From a virus, in the IMG/VR virus record IMGVR_UViG_3300045988_136451: a stretch of DNA of 64,000 nt. The stretch is one strand, 5' to 3'. The first letter of the stretch is position 1. Every line of letters begins with the position of its first letter. The position numbers and the translations under genes were made by a program. Shown piece after piece: positions 54,678 to 62,994 of this stretch. The notes beneath the pieces were generated by a model. That model was not told the DNA's origin. It searched no databases and saw only the letters and a list, made by a program, of their open reading frames with translations.

Positions 54678-55055
54678 CTATTCTTTCTTCGCGTGCTTCG
54701 CCTCGCCAACGTCCTCGGCCTCGCCGCCGATGGGCAGCTCCGCCTTGTCGTCGCTTGTGAAGTGAAAGAACTTGTCGAGCCATTCGTCTGTAACGCCAAT
54801 CGCCTTGAACAGGTTGTAAGCCGCCTGAACTCCGCCCACCACGGCGGCCACCCAGAGCACGAACGTCTCCGGTGTCGGCGCTCCGCTGATGAAGGCGGTG
54901 AAAACGCCAGCGGCCAGCGATATGACCACGGCTATCGTCCAGTTGACCTTCTTAGACCAACCGCCGCGCTTGACGAGCTGAACGACATAGGGCAGGAAAA
55001 GCGAGAAGAACACGGCAGCGATAGCCGGAACCCACGCCTCGAAACCCTCGAACAT
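54678..55055 (-). CDS. Holin-like three-TM membrane protein, 125 aa
   Basis: Three hydrophobic helices and a highly charged C-terminus (AKHAKKE). Confidence 0.35.
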   Translation of the reverse strand: MFEGFEAWVPAIAAVFFSLFLPYVVQLVKRGGWSKKVNWTIAVVISLAAGVFTAFISGAPTPETFVLWVAAVVGGVQAAYNLFKAIGVTDEWLDKFFHFTSDDKAELPIGGEAEDVGEAKHAKKE

Positions 55056-55125
55056 AGCGTCTCCTCTCTTCGGGGTCTTTCCGCCCCGCCTCGCGGGGCC
55101 TTCGGGACATTATACGCCGAAGCCG

Positions 55126-58113
55126 CTACAGGCCGCCACACCACGGCCTCCCGGCCCATCCGTCGGTGAGGCCCATCTGCCTCTCGAACTCCATGGAGCG
55201 CTCGAAGTAGAACTGCTCCTTCGCAAGGTTCTCCCTCATGCCGACCTCCGGCATGTAGCCGCCCTGCGCCGCGCCGGTGATGCGCAGCAGGGTTCCCTCT
55301 CCAAGCGCCTCGACCTGATCTGACAGGAGGTTCACGCACACCGTCGAAACGCAGTCCGCCATGTCGTTGTGACAGTTTCCGGAAATGAGAATCTTGCCGT
55401 TCCTGCGCGTGACAAGCGTTCCATTTTGAACCTCGAAGCAATACACCATGCCGTCGTATCGGCTTATATCGACCTTACTTCTCTCAACCGCCGATTCTTT
55501 GCGACCGAGAAGGCATATTTCGTGAAATTCCCCGCCCGACGGCGTTTTGCAATCATAGTATGACGTTGCGGTTCCGTTTGTCATAAATACGGCCTGCATC
55601 GCATCGGCAACGCCCTTGTCCTTTATCCCCGCTCTGATGTAAGCGTTCTTGTCCTTGCTAAAGGTGCCGTCTCCATGCAGGAAGCCATCTATGAAGCAGT
55701 CCTGCTCCTTCTTGCCCCATTCCACGAAAATCTCCGAAGGTATTGCAAGGTCACCAGCTCCATCGAAAAACCTTTCCAGCGTCCAGTCTGCAAGCCATTT
55801 GCTATACACCTTGTATTCGTATAGCACTTTCCTCTGATATCCGCTTTTCTTGCACTCTCGTTTAGACCACTCGAAGCCAGACCCATCAAGAGCCGCCTCG
55901 ATATACACGATTCCATCTTCCTTCGACTGCGAGATTATAAAAACTCCATCACGCCGAAGCGCAATCTTTCCGCCATCCGCCAACCAGAAACCGACGATCC
56001 TTGCAAAGCAGCCGAAATCAACTCCGCTCGGAAGATCGACCAAAGCACCTGCATTCCCGTTTTCACCACACCTTGGGATGAAGAACTTAGACCGATTGGC
56101 CAAGATGCCATCAATAGGGGACTTCATAAGCTCAGTCATCTTCCCGTGGTTGCACAGCCTGTACAGCATCCTATGATTCGGTGTCACCTTGAAATCGACA
56201 AGACGGTTCGAGTATCCGTACATTTCGCCATGGTACTCGTATGCGATTTTCCTGATCGGCTGCTGCCACTCGATCTTGCCGTCCTTTGAATACGTTGCGA
56301 CGCGTCTGCCCATGACGGCATCTTTGAACAGAACCCATCCATCCTCCGTCAAAACCTCCGTTGCGGCATCGTGACATACGTCGCCCGTCTCCGGGTGGTC
56401 TACCTTCTTGCCGTTCTTCAGGATGAGGAACTTCAGCTCCTTCTCCAACATGCACACCTCGCCGAGACCCAGTATGTCGTCTATCACGAACGGGGCGTGA
56501 ACCCATCCTTGGTAGAGGGCCTGCTTGAACCGCTCCCAGCGCTTCATGTTCTTCTTCTCGGTGGCGGTGTCCTCCTCGATGACGACCGAGCCGTTGAGGA
56601 ACGTCCCCATCGTCCTCTCCAAGTTCAGCGTGTCGATGAGCGACGCGCTCTGGTACTGGTCGAACGTGCAGCGGACGATGTTGAACAGCTTCAGGTACTC
56701 GATGATCTGCTTCTGCACGACCGTGTAGTTGATGCGCCGAACGCCGTGCTCGTCGGGAGGGAAGTCCTTCGCTTGGAAAATCTTCTGCACGTCGATGAAG
56801 GCGTGGAAGAAGCCGTCCTCGCACAGCTCCTTGTGGCCGATTGCTATGCAGAAGTTGTCGTTCACGCGCCCAGCGTCGCAGTGCATGACGTACTGGCGGT
56901 CGATGCGCCCGTGCCTAGCCGGGACGTTCGCGTTGCCCTGAAGGTCTGGGTACGCGTTGAACATCTTCTCAACCATGTCGGGGTTCAGGTACGCGTCCTG
57001 CGACTTGGCGAACTGCGCGCGGTACTCAACCCTGAACTTCTCCGGGTCGCGCTCCTCCTCCATGGCGAACGATTCGTCCTGCTCCGGAGGAAGCAGCAGG
57101 GGCTTGCCTATCGCCGGTACGTACTGGCCGTCCGTGAACAGCTCCCACGACGGCGCTTGCATGCAGAACATGTCGGGGTGCTTCGAGCTGCCGTCCTCGT
57201 CGCGCTCGAAGGCGTTCTTGAACAGCTTGTAGAACATGCCCACCTCCGACACGGGGGTGGACGGGACGACTATCATGGCCTCCTTGCCGACCTGACGCAG
57301 CGACGGCGTTAGGGCCTTCCAGATCGCCTCCGACGATGCCTTCAGGCCGTCGTCGCGACCGTAGGCGAACTCGTCGTACGCCTGTATGATCGAGGCGTTG
57401 CCTCGCGCGGAATCGGGGTTGGCGGCCTTCGGCTCGACGAGAAGCGATGCCCTGCGCCTTATGTTCTTCCTGATGCCCGATTCGATCTGCCGCATCTCCT
57501 CGCGCTCGTTGAACACCTTGTCCGCAGCCGTTTCCAGCTTTATCGCGGTCTCGGACAGCGAGCTAGTCCACGGGTCGAACCACGAGCACTCTATGATGGT
57601 GTTCAGGATGTCGAGGTACAGCGCGGACTTCGCTTGGCTGAACGTCGTCGCCATGACATCGACGTGCATCTCCTTGCCGTCCGGCAGGTGGAGGACGCGC
57701 TGGGGGTTGCCGAGCGAGAGCATCTGGGCCAGCTTGTAGTCGATGAGGTGCGACACGGTGAAGCCCTTTGAGCCGCGTCGCCCGAGGCAGAAGATGTTCT
57801 CGCGGAAGTGCTTGTATCCGCGCTTCTTCAGCCACTCGATGCGGTCGAAGATGTCGAGCGGAATCTTCACCGGGCCGCCGTTGCGCGTGCTCTCGCGCCA
57901 CCCTTCTATCACTTGGAAGTCGTACCGGTTCATCTGGTCGATCTCCAAGAAGATGATCTTCATGAGCGTCTTCTGGCGGGGGTACAGCGGTGTCCATTGC
58001 AGGGACGGCGTGTACATGTCGTAGAAGTCGCAGATCGGCGGGAGCCGTTCGAGCGCCAGCTTCGGGGCCGCCAGCGACGAGAAGACATCTATGCCGTGCT
58101 TGATCTCGCCCAT
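55126..58113 (-). CDS. Terminase large subunit interrupted by a LAGLIDADG intein
   Basis: Position after a small coupled gene and before portal. Extein of about 660 aa. Intein CHDAATEVLTEDG... with FWLADGG and FIDGFLHGDGT motifs, ending ...ILISGN followed by Cys. Confidence 0.55.
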   Translation of the reverse strand: MGEIKHGIDVFSSLAAPKLALERLPPICDFYDMYTPSLQWTPLYPRQKTLMKIIFLEIDQMNRYDFQVIEGWRESTRNGGPVKIPLDIFDRIEWLKKRGYKHFRENIFCLGRRGSKGFTVSHLIDYKLAQMLSLGNPQRVLHLPDGKEMHVDVMATTFSQAKSALYLDILNTIIECSWFDPWTSSLSETAIKLETAADKVFNEREEMRQIESGIRKNIRRRASLLVEPKAANPDSARGNASIIQAYDEFAYGRDDGLKASSEAIWKALTPSLRQVGKEAMIVVPSTPVSEVGMFYKLFKNAFERDEDGSSKHPDMFCMQAPSWELFTDGQYVPAIGKPLLLPPEQDESFAMEEERDPEKFRVEYRAQFAKSQDAYLNPDMVEKMFNAYPDLQGNANVPARHGRIDRQYVMHCDAGRVNDNFCIAIGHKELCEDGFFHAFIDVQKIFQAKDFPPDEHGVRRINYTVVQKQIIEYLKLFNIVRCTFDQYQSASLIDTLNLERTMGTFLNGSVVIEEDTATEKKNMKRWERFKQALYQGWVHAPFVIDDILGLGEVCMLEKELKFLILKNGKKVDHPETGDVCHDAATEVLTEDGWVLFKDAVMGRRVATYSKDGKIEWQQPIRKIAYEYHGEMYGYSNRLVDFKVTPNHRMLYRLCNHGKMTELMKSPIDGILANRSKFFIPRCGENGNAGALVDLPSGVDFGCFARIVGFWLADGGKIALRRDGVFIISQSKEDGIVYIEAALDGSGFEWSKRECKKSGYQRKVLYEYKVYSKWLADWTLERFFDGAGDLAIPSEIFVEWGKKEQDCFIDGFLHGDGTFSKDKNAYIRAGIKDKGVADAMQAVFMTNGTATSYYDCKTPSGGEFHEICLLGRKESAVERSKVDISRYDGMVYCFEVQNGTLVTRRNGKILISGNCHNDMADCVSTVCVNLLSDQVEALGEGTLLRITGAAQGGYMPEVGMRENLAKEQFYFERSMEFERQMGLTDGWAGRPWCGGL
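55375..56376 (-). mobile_element. Intein (about 334 aa) within the large terminase gene
   Basis: Boundaries GDV|C ... SGN|C, hand-counted. Unusual GN rather than HN terminus. Confidence 0.45.
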
Positions 58114-58114
58114 G

Positions 58115-58519
58115 CTACTGAAGCAGGTTGGTGTCCCAACCCATGTCCTTCATCTGCTTCGAGCTGTAGCGCTGCGCGTCGTACGCCTTGCGCTCGATGT
58201 CCACGCCCTCGTCGAGGTACGCCTGCTGGCGCTTGTCGAGGCGGCCCGTGACCGTCACGACCGGGTAGAAGGTCTCGGTCTCCCTGCCGGGGACGATGAG
58301 GCCGGCGACGGCCACCGGCTCCTTCTTCGATTCTATCCCTATGTAGCCGTCGAGGCCGAGCCTGTCGTGGAGGTAGGCGAGCGACCACTTCAGCATGTCG
58401 GCAACCAAGTCGATCTTCTGCTTGCGGTCGTCGCAGGTGCGGCCTTCGTACCGCGCGGAGAAGTCCCGCTTGAACTGCTCTATGCGCCTCTGGTCGTCGG
58501 AGTTGATTCCCACGTTCGC
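58115..58519 (-). CDS. Putative terminase small subunit (about 134 aa from MANVGINSDD)
   Basis: Translationally coupled immediately upstream of the large terminase. No diagnostic motif. Confidence 0.3.
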   Translation of the reverse strand, partial: ANVGINSDDQRRIEQFKRDFSARYEGRTCDDRKQKIDLVADMLKWSLAYLHDRLGLDGYIGIESKKEPVAVAGLIVPGRETETFYPVVTVTGRLDKRQQAYLDEGVDIERKAYDAQRYSSKQMKDMGWDTNLLQ

Positions 58520-58568
58520 CATTCTGTCCTCCAAAAGTGAAACGGCGCTCCCGCGCCAAGTCGATTCC

Positions 58569-58793
58569 CTATGACGGGCCGTTGCCCATGTACCGCTCCG
58601 TCCAGTCGCCTATCTCGTCGTCGCGGTTGGCGTAGCCCCCGCAGTTGCCGGAGTTCGGTTCGACGATCAGCTCCGGAACGTCGGCATCGCAGGCGCAGCC
58701 GAAGAAGCAGACGGCGAAGTTGTTCACGCCGTCTATCCTCCTCCCGTGGAAGCACGAGAAGCACGACTGTTTCCTGTTGCCCGCCTTTTTCAA
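58569..58793 (-). CDS. Small Cys-rich protein, 74 aa, TTG start
   Basis: RBS aaggag 4 nt before TTG. CFSCFH...CFFGCAC...CGG cysteine cluster. Confidence 0.25.
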   Translation of the reverse strand: MKKAGNRKQSCFSCFHGRRIDGVNNFAVCFFGCACDADVPELIVEPNSGNCGGYANRDDEIGDWTERYMGNGPS

Positions 58794-58861
58794 ACCGCTC
58801 CTTCAAGAAAGCCCCGGCACGGATGCCGGGGCATAGTATCGCACAGAACAGCGCGCCGCCG

Positions 58862-59953
58862 CTACACCTCGTCTATCAGGATGGCGTCGCAGTTGTTGCA
58901 TCGGTGCTCCTTGTGAGACTTCACCACGACGTAACCGGCGAGGCGCTGTAGCTTGCGCACGCTGTTGGGCTTGATCTCGGCGATGAAGCAGCTCGACGTG
59001 ATGAGGTCGATAAGCTCGCCGGTCGTCCCGTGCTCGCCCGCCGACGTGCCGAGGCGGTATTCGTCGAAGCACGTGAGCGACGTTGCGCGCACGCGGGCGG
59101 GCAGTCCGTGCTCGGAGTACATGTGCATGATGCGCTTGCGCATGCGCGGTATCTCCTCGCCGTAGACCTCCCTCATGGTGTACGCGAGGCCTTCCAAGCT
59201 GTCAACGGCGTTCTCGACCTTCTCGCCGATGACGCGGAGGATGTCGTCGTACGATAGGTCGCGGATGTTGATCGGGTCTAGGTAGTCGTCGCACTCGATG
59301 ATGCCGCAGCTCGCCTCGTTGAGGAAGATCGGGGACACCTCCGGCGCTTGGAACTTGCGCTTGTGTACGAAGCGGATGCCAGCCATGTAGGTCTCCCCCA
59401 CGTCGTAGCGCTTGTCGGGGATGAGGATGTCGATCTGGGTGTGCCCCAGCGAGCTGTCGGTTCGGATGATCTGGGCGCTTCCGCCGACCTTCTCGTAGAG
59501 CACCTTCAGGCAGTCCACGAAGTCGATGTTCTGGCGCTTCGCCTCGCCGAACTCGACGAGGTTGGGGGTCGTCTCGTCGCCGGAGCGGCGCGTTCCGAGC
59601 GCGAACTTCCTGTCGCCCTCCTTCTTCAGCCAGTAGTTGATGTTGTCGGCCCGCATGTCAGGCCCCAAGCGCACGAGGTACGGCACGGGAATCTTCAGCA
59701 GCGCGCCGATCTTGTCGTAGCACGCGATGTGCCCGACCAGATCAAGCTTCTCCTCGCCCATGGCGTTCTTGCCCACGAGGTACATGTCCTCGTTCTTCAC
59801 GCGCATCTCGCTCCCGAGCGCTTCGGAGCGCTCGACCGCATCGTAGGCCTTCTTGGCGCGCTCGTAGGCCTGCCTGACCGTGATGATCTCCTTGCCAGCC
59901 TCGTTCACGTACTCCTCTATCGTCTTGCCGAGGTCTGTGTATGCGTCTGCCAT
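58862..59953 (-). CDS. Hypothetical protein, 363 aa
   Basis: ORF with a downstream hairpin (58816..58840) and T-tract. No family recognised with confidence. Confidence 0.35.
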   Translation of the reverse strand: MADAYTDLGKTIEEYVNEAGKEIITVRQAYERAKKAYDAVERSEALGSEMRVKNEDMYLVGKNAMGEEKLDLVGHIACYDKIGALLKIPVPYLVRLGPDMRADNINYWLKKEGDRKFALGTRRSGDETTPNLVEFGEAKRQNIDFVDCLKVLYEKVGGSAQIIRTDSSLGHTQIDILIPDKRYDVGETYMAGIRFVHKRKFQAPEVSPIFLNEASCGIIECDDYLDPINIRDLSYDDILRVIGEKVENAVDSLEGLAYTMREVYGEEIPRMRKRIMHMYSEHGLPARVRATSLTCFDEYRLGTSAGEHGTTGELIDLITSSCFIAEIKPNSVRKLQRLAGYVVVKSHKEHRCNNCDAILIDEV

Positions 59954-59957
59954 CTCC

Positions 59958-60392
59958 CTAGCCTTCCTTCGATTGTCTCTCTATGGTCTCGACGGCGACA
60001 GCCGCCTTCCTCGCGGAGTTCATCATGTCGGCGTAAAGCCCTCCGCGCGAAACGCCCATGCTCTCCGGCGTGAGCTGCGCCACCACGTTGACCGTCCCGA
60101 CGGGGACGAGCAGGCAGCTAACGCCAGCGCCCACCATCGCGTCGCTTATCGCGCCGACGGCCTCTTGGCCGATGTCCGCGCTCACCTCGACGACGTAGGT
60201 GGGCCTGCCTATGTCGTTCTGAAGCTCCATGACGCGCTCGACGTACTCCGCCGCCGCCCCGACGGCATCGAACCCGGCCTTGTCGGCGACGTACTCCGCA
60301 AGCGCCGCCCTGTCCCACACGACGCATCCGCCCTGCGGCTCCCGCCGTGGTGCCTCGTCGCGCTCCTCGCGCCTCCTACGGAACAAGCCCAT
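59958..60392 (-). CDS. Hypothetical protein, 144 aa
   Basis: ORF in the early-region operon. Confidence 0.3.
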   Translation of the reverse strand: MGLFRRRREERDEAPRREPQGGCVVWDRAALAEYVADKAGFDAVGAAAEYVERVMELQNDIGRPTYVVEVSADIGQEAVGAISDAMVGAGVSCLLVPVGTVNVVAQLTPESMGVSRGGLYADMMNSARKAAVAVETIERQSKEG

Positions 60393-60699
60393 GCGGCACC
60401 TCGCCTTCTATCTCCTTGAACATGTCGAGCGCCATGGAGAGCGCCTTGCGCGACGGGTTGCCGAACTCGTCGCCGTCGGGAACCGCCCAAGCTGGCGCGG
60501 ACATGTCGATAGGCTCGCACCGCCTCTTGCACGGGTACCACTTCCGGTCGATGCGGACGCTGAAGGTGAACTCCCATTCGGCCCCCAAGTCATCGTAGCC
60601 GATCAGGATGCCGTCCGCGCCGTCCGTCTTGACGCAGTTGCGCCACCCGTTCACCAGAGAGCGCTCGACGAGCGCGGAAAACCTCTCGAAGTCGTTCAT
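60376..60699 (-). CDS. Hypothetical protein, 107 aa
   Basis: ORF overlapping its neighbours (operon). Confidence 0.3.
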   Translation of the reverse strand: MNDFERFSALVERSLVNGWRNCVKTDGADGILIGYDDLGAEWEFTFSVRIDRKWYPCKRRCEPIDMSAPAWAVPDGDEFGNPSRKALSMALDMFKEIEGEVPHGLVP

Positions 60700-61022
60700 G
60701 CGAACACCTCCTCGTCCGCCATGCCGCCGCTGGCGACGTGAACGCCCATGATTCCCTTCACGTTGTCGGAGACTATGGCGTTGATCTCATCGACGGCCTG
60801 CGGGTCGTCGGCGTGCGAGGATGCCATCGACCGGAACTTCTCCCTAGCCGCCTCCTCGCGGTTGGCAGCGTCGGCGGACTTGACTTCGAGCGCCCGAATC
60901 GTCTCCGCGAGCGACGCTATCCTGCCCTCGCACTCCGAGCACTCGTCGAACGCCTCGCGCCATTCCTGCATGACCTTGGTGATCGCGCTCCGCGAAGCGC
61001 CGTCAAGACCGGGCATCGTCAC
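60696..61022 (-). CDS. Hypothetical protein, 108 aa
   Basis: ORF with ATGA overlap. Confidence 0.3.
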   Translation of the reverse strand: MTMPGLDGASRSAITKVMQEWREAFDECSECEGRIASLAETIRALEVKSADAANREEAAREKFRSMASSHADDPQAVDEINAIVSDNVKGIMGVHVASGGMADEEVFA

Positions 61023-61660
61023 ACCGCCGGTGTCGTAGTCGAGAAGTCGTACACGGAGGCGAGCGATGGTTCTATCAGCGTCTCGGCACCGTCGTCTTCG
61101 AGGGTCGCCGCGACCGCTCCGGGCTTCGCCTGCTCCTGCTTCCGGTTCTGCTGCGCCGCGCGCTTCAGCGGCTTAGGCCCGGAAGATGCCCTCTGCGGGG
61201 CGCTGACGGCCTTCTGGGGGGCGCTGGGCTGCTTTTCGGGTTCGGGTGCCGCCTCGTCCGCTTCGGGGGCGCAGAACAGCTTTGAGGGCTTCACGGCTAT
61301 CTCCGCCGCCGCCTCGCTCCTTCCCCTGCTCTCCGCAGCCACCTCCTCGATGCCGCCGGGAATCTTCACCTCGCGCTTGCGGGAGGGCTTCTGCCCCTCC
61401 GCCGGTGCGGCCTTCTTGGCCGGTGCGGCCTTCTCGGAGTTCGCTGCGCCGCCCTGCGAGAGGAAGCCCTTCACGACCGCCTCGAACTGCTCGCGGTGCC
61501 TCGCGCACACGTCGTCGAGGAGCATGTACCTCTCGCCGTCGATAAGAACCTCGATTGCGGCGGGCTTGTCCTCGCCGTACTCTTCCAGAATCGCCTCGGT
61601 CTCCTCCGGGGATATGACATCCCCGCAACCGGGCACGTCGCACACCAACGCTATGCCCAT
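61019..61660 (-). CDS. Lsr2-like (?) nucleoid-associated protein with Lys/Pro/Ala/Glu-rich linker, 213 aa
   Basis: N-terminal IEVLIDGERYMLLDDVCARHREQFEAVVKG resembles the Lsr2 dimerisation segment (VEFGLDGVTYEIDLS..NA..LR..L..WV). Central SRGRS. Histone-H1-like low-complexity region. Confidence 0.3.
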   Translation of the reverse strand: MGIALVCDVPGCGDVISPEETEAILEEYGEDKPAAIEVLIDGERYMLLDDVCARHREQFEAVVKGFLSQGGAANSEKAAPAKKAAPAEGQKPSRKREVKIPGGIEEVAAESRGRSEAAAEIAVKPSKLFCAPEADEAAPEPEKQPSAPQKAVSAPQRASSGPKPLKRAAQQNRKQEQAKPGAVAATLEDDGAETLIEPSLASVYDFSTTTPAV

Positions 61661-61683
61661 GAGCTTCCATCTCCTTTGAACGC

Positions 61684-61699
61684 TCGATTATTTAATCGA
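61684..61699. repeat. Copy of TCGATTATTTAATCGA (intergenic, 24 bp upstream of the Lsr2-like gene start)
   Basis: Perfect palindrome variant. Confidence 0.5.
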
Positions 61700-61706
61700 C
61701 ATTGTA

Positions 61707-62528
61707 TCACAGCCACTTGCCCTCGGTTGAGAATCTTTGCCAGTCGCCGGAGGCGAGCACGTTGCCGAGCGTCGGGCACCAGTCGCCGCGCCTGTTGTCC
61801 ATGAGCCACTTCCGGAAGTCGGGGTTGCGAAGCGCCCGCAGAACGTCCTCCCTCCAACGCCCAACGCCGTCGCCCGCAGCCTCTGCCGCCTCGGCCACGA
61901 TCTCCCGCTCGCGCTCCAAGAAGCTCTCGTTCTGGTACCGCAGCGGAACGTCCGGGTACGCCTCCCTGAAGTCCCGATGCGCAGCGTCGATTAAATAATC
62001 GAGTTCTGCGGTGCCCTGCCCTTGGGTGTCTGCGGAGATTTTCCGCGCGCGCGCGCGTTCATTCGTTCCTCCCTCATGTCCATCTCTGTCAGGAGTGGTT
62101 TGGTTGTTACAGGTGGGGCTTTGGTTGATGTTACTTTGGTTGATATTACTTTGTGTCGTGTTATCCGACGACGGGTTATCCGATGACGGGTTTTCCGTCA
62201 TCGGGGCTGAACTGGTGTTTTCCGTGTACGGCCTGATAAAGTATCTTACGCCGCTGAACGTGCCGTCATTCTCGCTTTTAACGGTTTCTCGTCGGACGTA
62301 TCCAAGCTCTTCGAGTTCCTTGACGGCGCTGCGCACGGCATCGCGCCCGTCGGCCATGCACTTCGATATGCCGTTGATCGAATAGTCCCACTCTTCGGAG
62401 CAGGAGAGCATGAAGGCGAGAACCCCCATCGCTTTGGCGCTCAACCTCTTGTCTCGTAGAAAGTCGATCTTGACGACCATGAAGCCGTCTGCGCCGGTGT
62501 CCACCATGCATTGCTTGTCTGCTCTCAT
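61707..62528 (-). CDS. Replication initiator / replisome-organiser-like winged-helix protein (about 274 aa from MRADKQC), with internal repeat region
   Basis: N-terminal MGVLAFMLS...GISKCMADGRDAVRSAVKELEELGYVRRE fits a winged-HTH initiator N-domain. Central linker NPSSDNPSSD...NINQSNINQS is encoded by direct DNA repeats. Confidence 0.45.
   Translation of the reverse strand: MRADKQCMVDTGADGFMVVKIDFLRDKRLSAKAMGVLAFMLSCSEEWDYSINGISKCMADGRDAVRSAVKELEELGYVRRETVKSENDGTFSGVRYFIRPYTENTSSAPMTENPSSDNPSSDNTTQSNINQSNINQSPTCNNQTTPDRDGHEGGTNERARARKISADTQGQGTAELDYLIDAAHRDFREAYPDVPLRYQNESFLEREREIVAEAAEAAGDGVGRWREDVLRALRNPDFRKWLMDNRRGDWCPTLGNVLASGDWQRFSTEGKWL
61986..62001. repeat. Copy of TCGATTAAATAATCGA (inside the 3' part of the initiator-like gene; encodes ELDYLIDA)
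   Basis: Perfect palindrome variant. Confidence 0.5.
62044..62210. repeat. Iteron-like repeat cluster inside the initiator-like gene (candidate origin of replication)
   Basis: (CG)7 at 62044..62058. Two 15-bp direct repeats tttggttgat(g/a)ttac. Two 15-bp repeats ccga(c/t)gacgggtt. Inverted repeat ccgatgacgg-N5-ccgtcatcgg. Locally AT-richer. Confidence 0.45.
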
Positions 62529-62570
62529 TGCACACCCCATAACAAAAAAAAAGAACCCGTTGCATGTCTT

Positions 62571-62637
62571 CGCGTAGGGGTGCACGATAGAATACAATGG
62601 GTCTAACCGAAATTGTATCCTATCACGCACCCCTACG
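62571..62637. promoter_or_regulatory. Long imperfect palindrome (27-bp arms, 13-bp spacer) between a promoter-like TTGTAA-16-TATACA (minus strand, about 62640..62672) and the initiator-like gene
   Basis: Arms gcgtaggggtgcacgatagaatacaat / attgtatcctatcacgcacccctacgc. A9/T9 run at 62543..62551. Confidence 0.4.
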
Positions 62638-62678
62638 CAAGACCCCATTGTATACCCAAGCGCCCAGAGATTACAAGA

Positions 62679-62994
62679 TCATAACGCGTCGGACGGCATC
62701 CATTCGATTCTGTCCATCACGGCGCGCTCGGTTCTCCCGTCAATCGCGTCGCCCTCGAACCGAAGCTCGATGCCCGTCTTCCCTCCAAGGCCGCGCTCGA
62801 TGTACGCTTCGAGCACCTTCTGCGCCTCGCTGTCGATGACCGATGCCCTGTGCATCTGCTCGACGGTCAGGCCGCAGCCGGTGAGCATGTCTATCCACTC
62901 CTTGGTGGCGACGGTCGAGTATGCTATGGGGCGCTTCAGCCCCGGAGCGTGCCACTCCACGTCGTGGCAGTCCCAATCGCTCTTCCTCGTCATC
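62679..62994 (-). CDS. Hypothetical protein (about 105 aa from MTRKSDWDCHD)
   Basis: ORF. Confidence 0.3.

Noticed and set aside
58862-59953. 363 aa protein as a DUF932/TIGR03299 phage-plasmid protein
   Set aside because: The resemblance is only vague, with no confident motif alignment from memory. Left as hypothetical.
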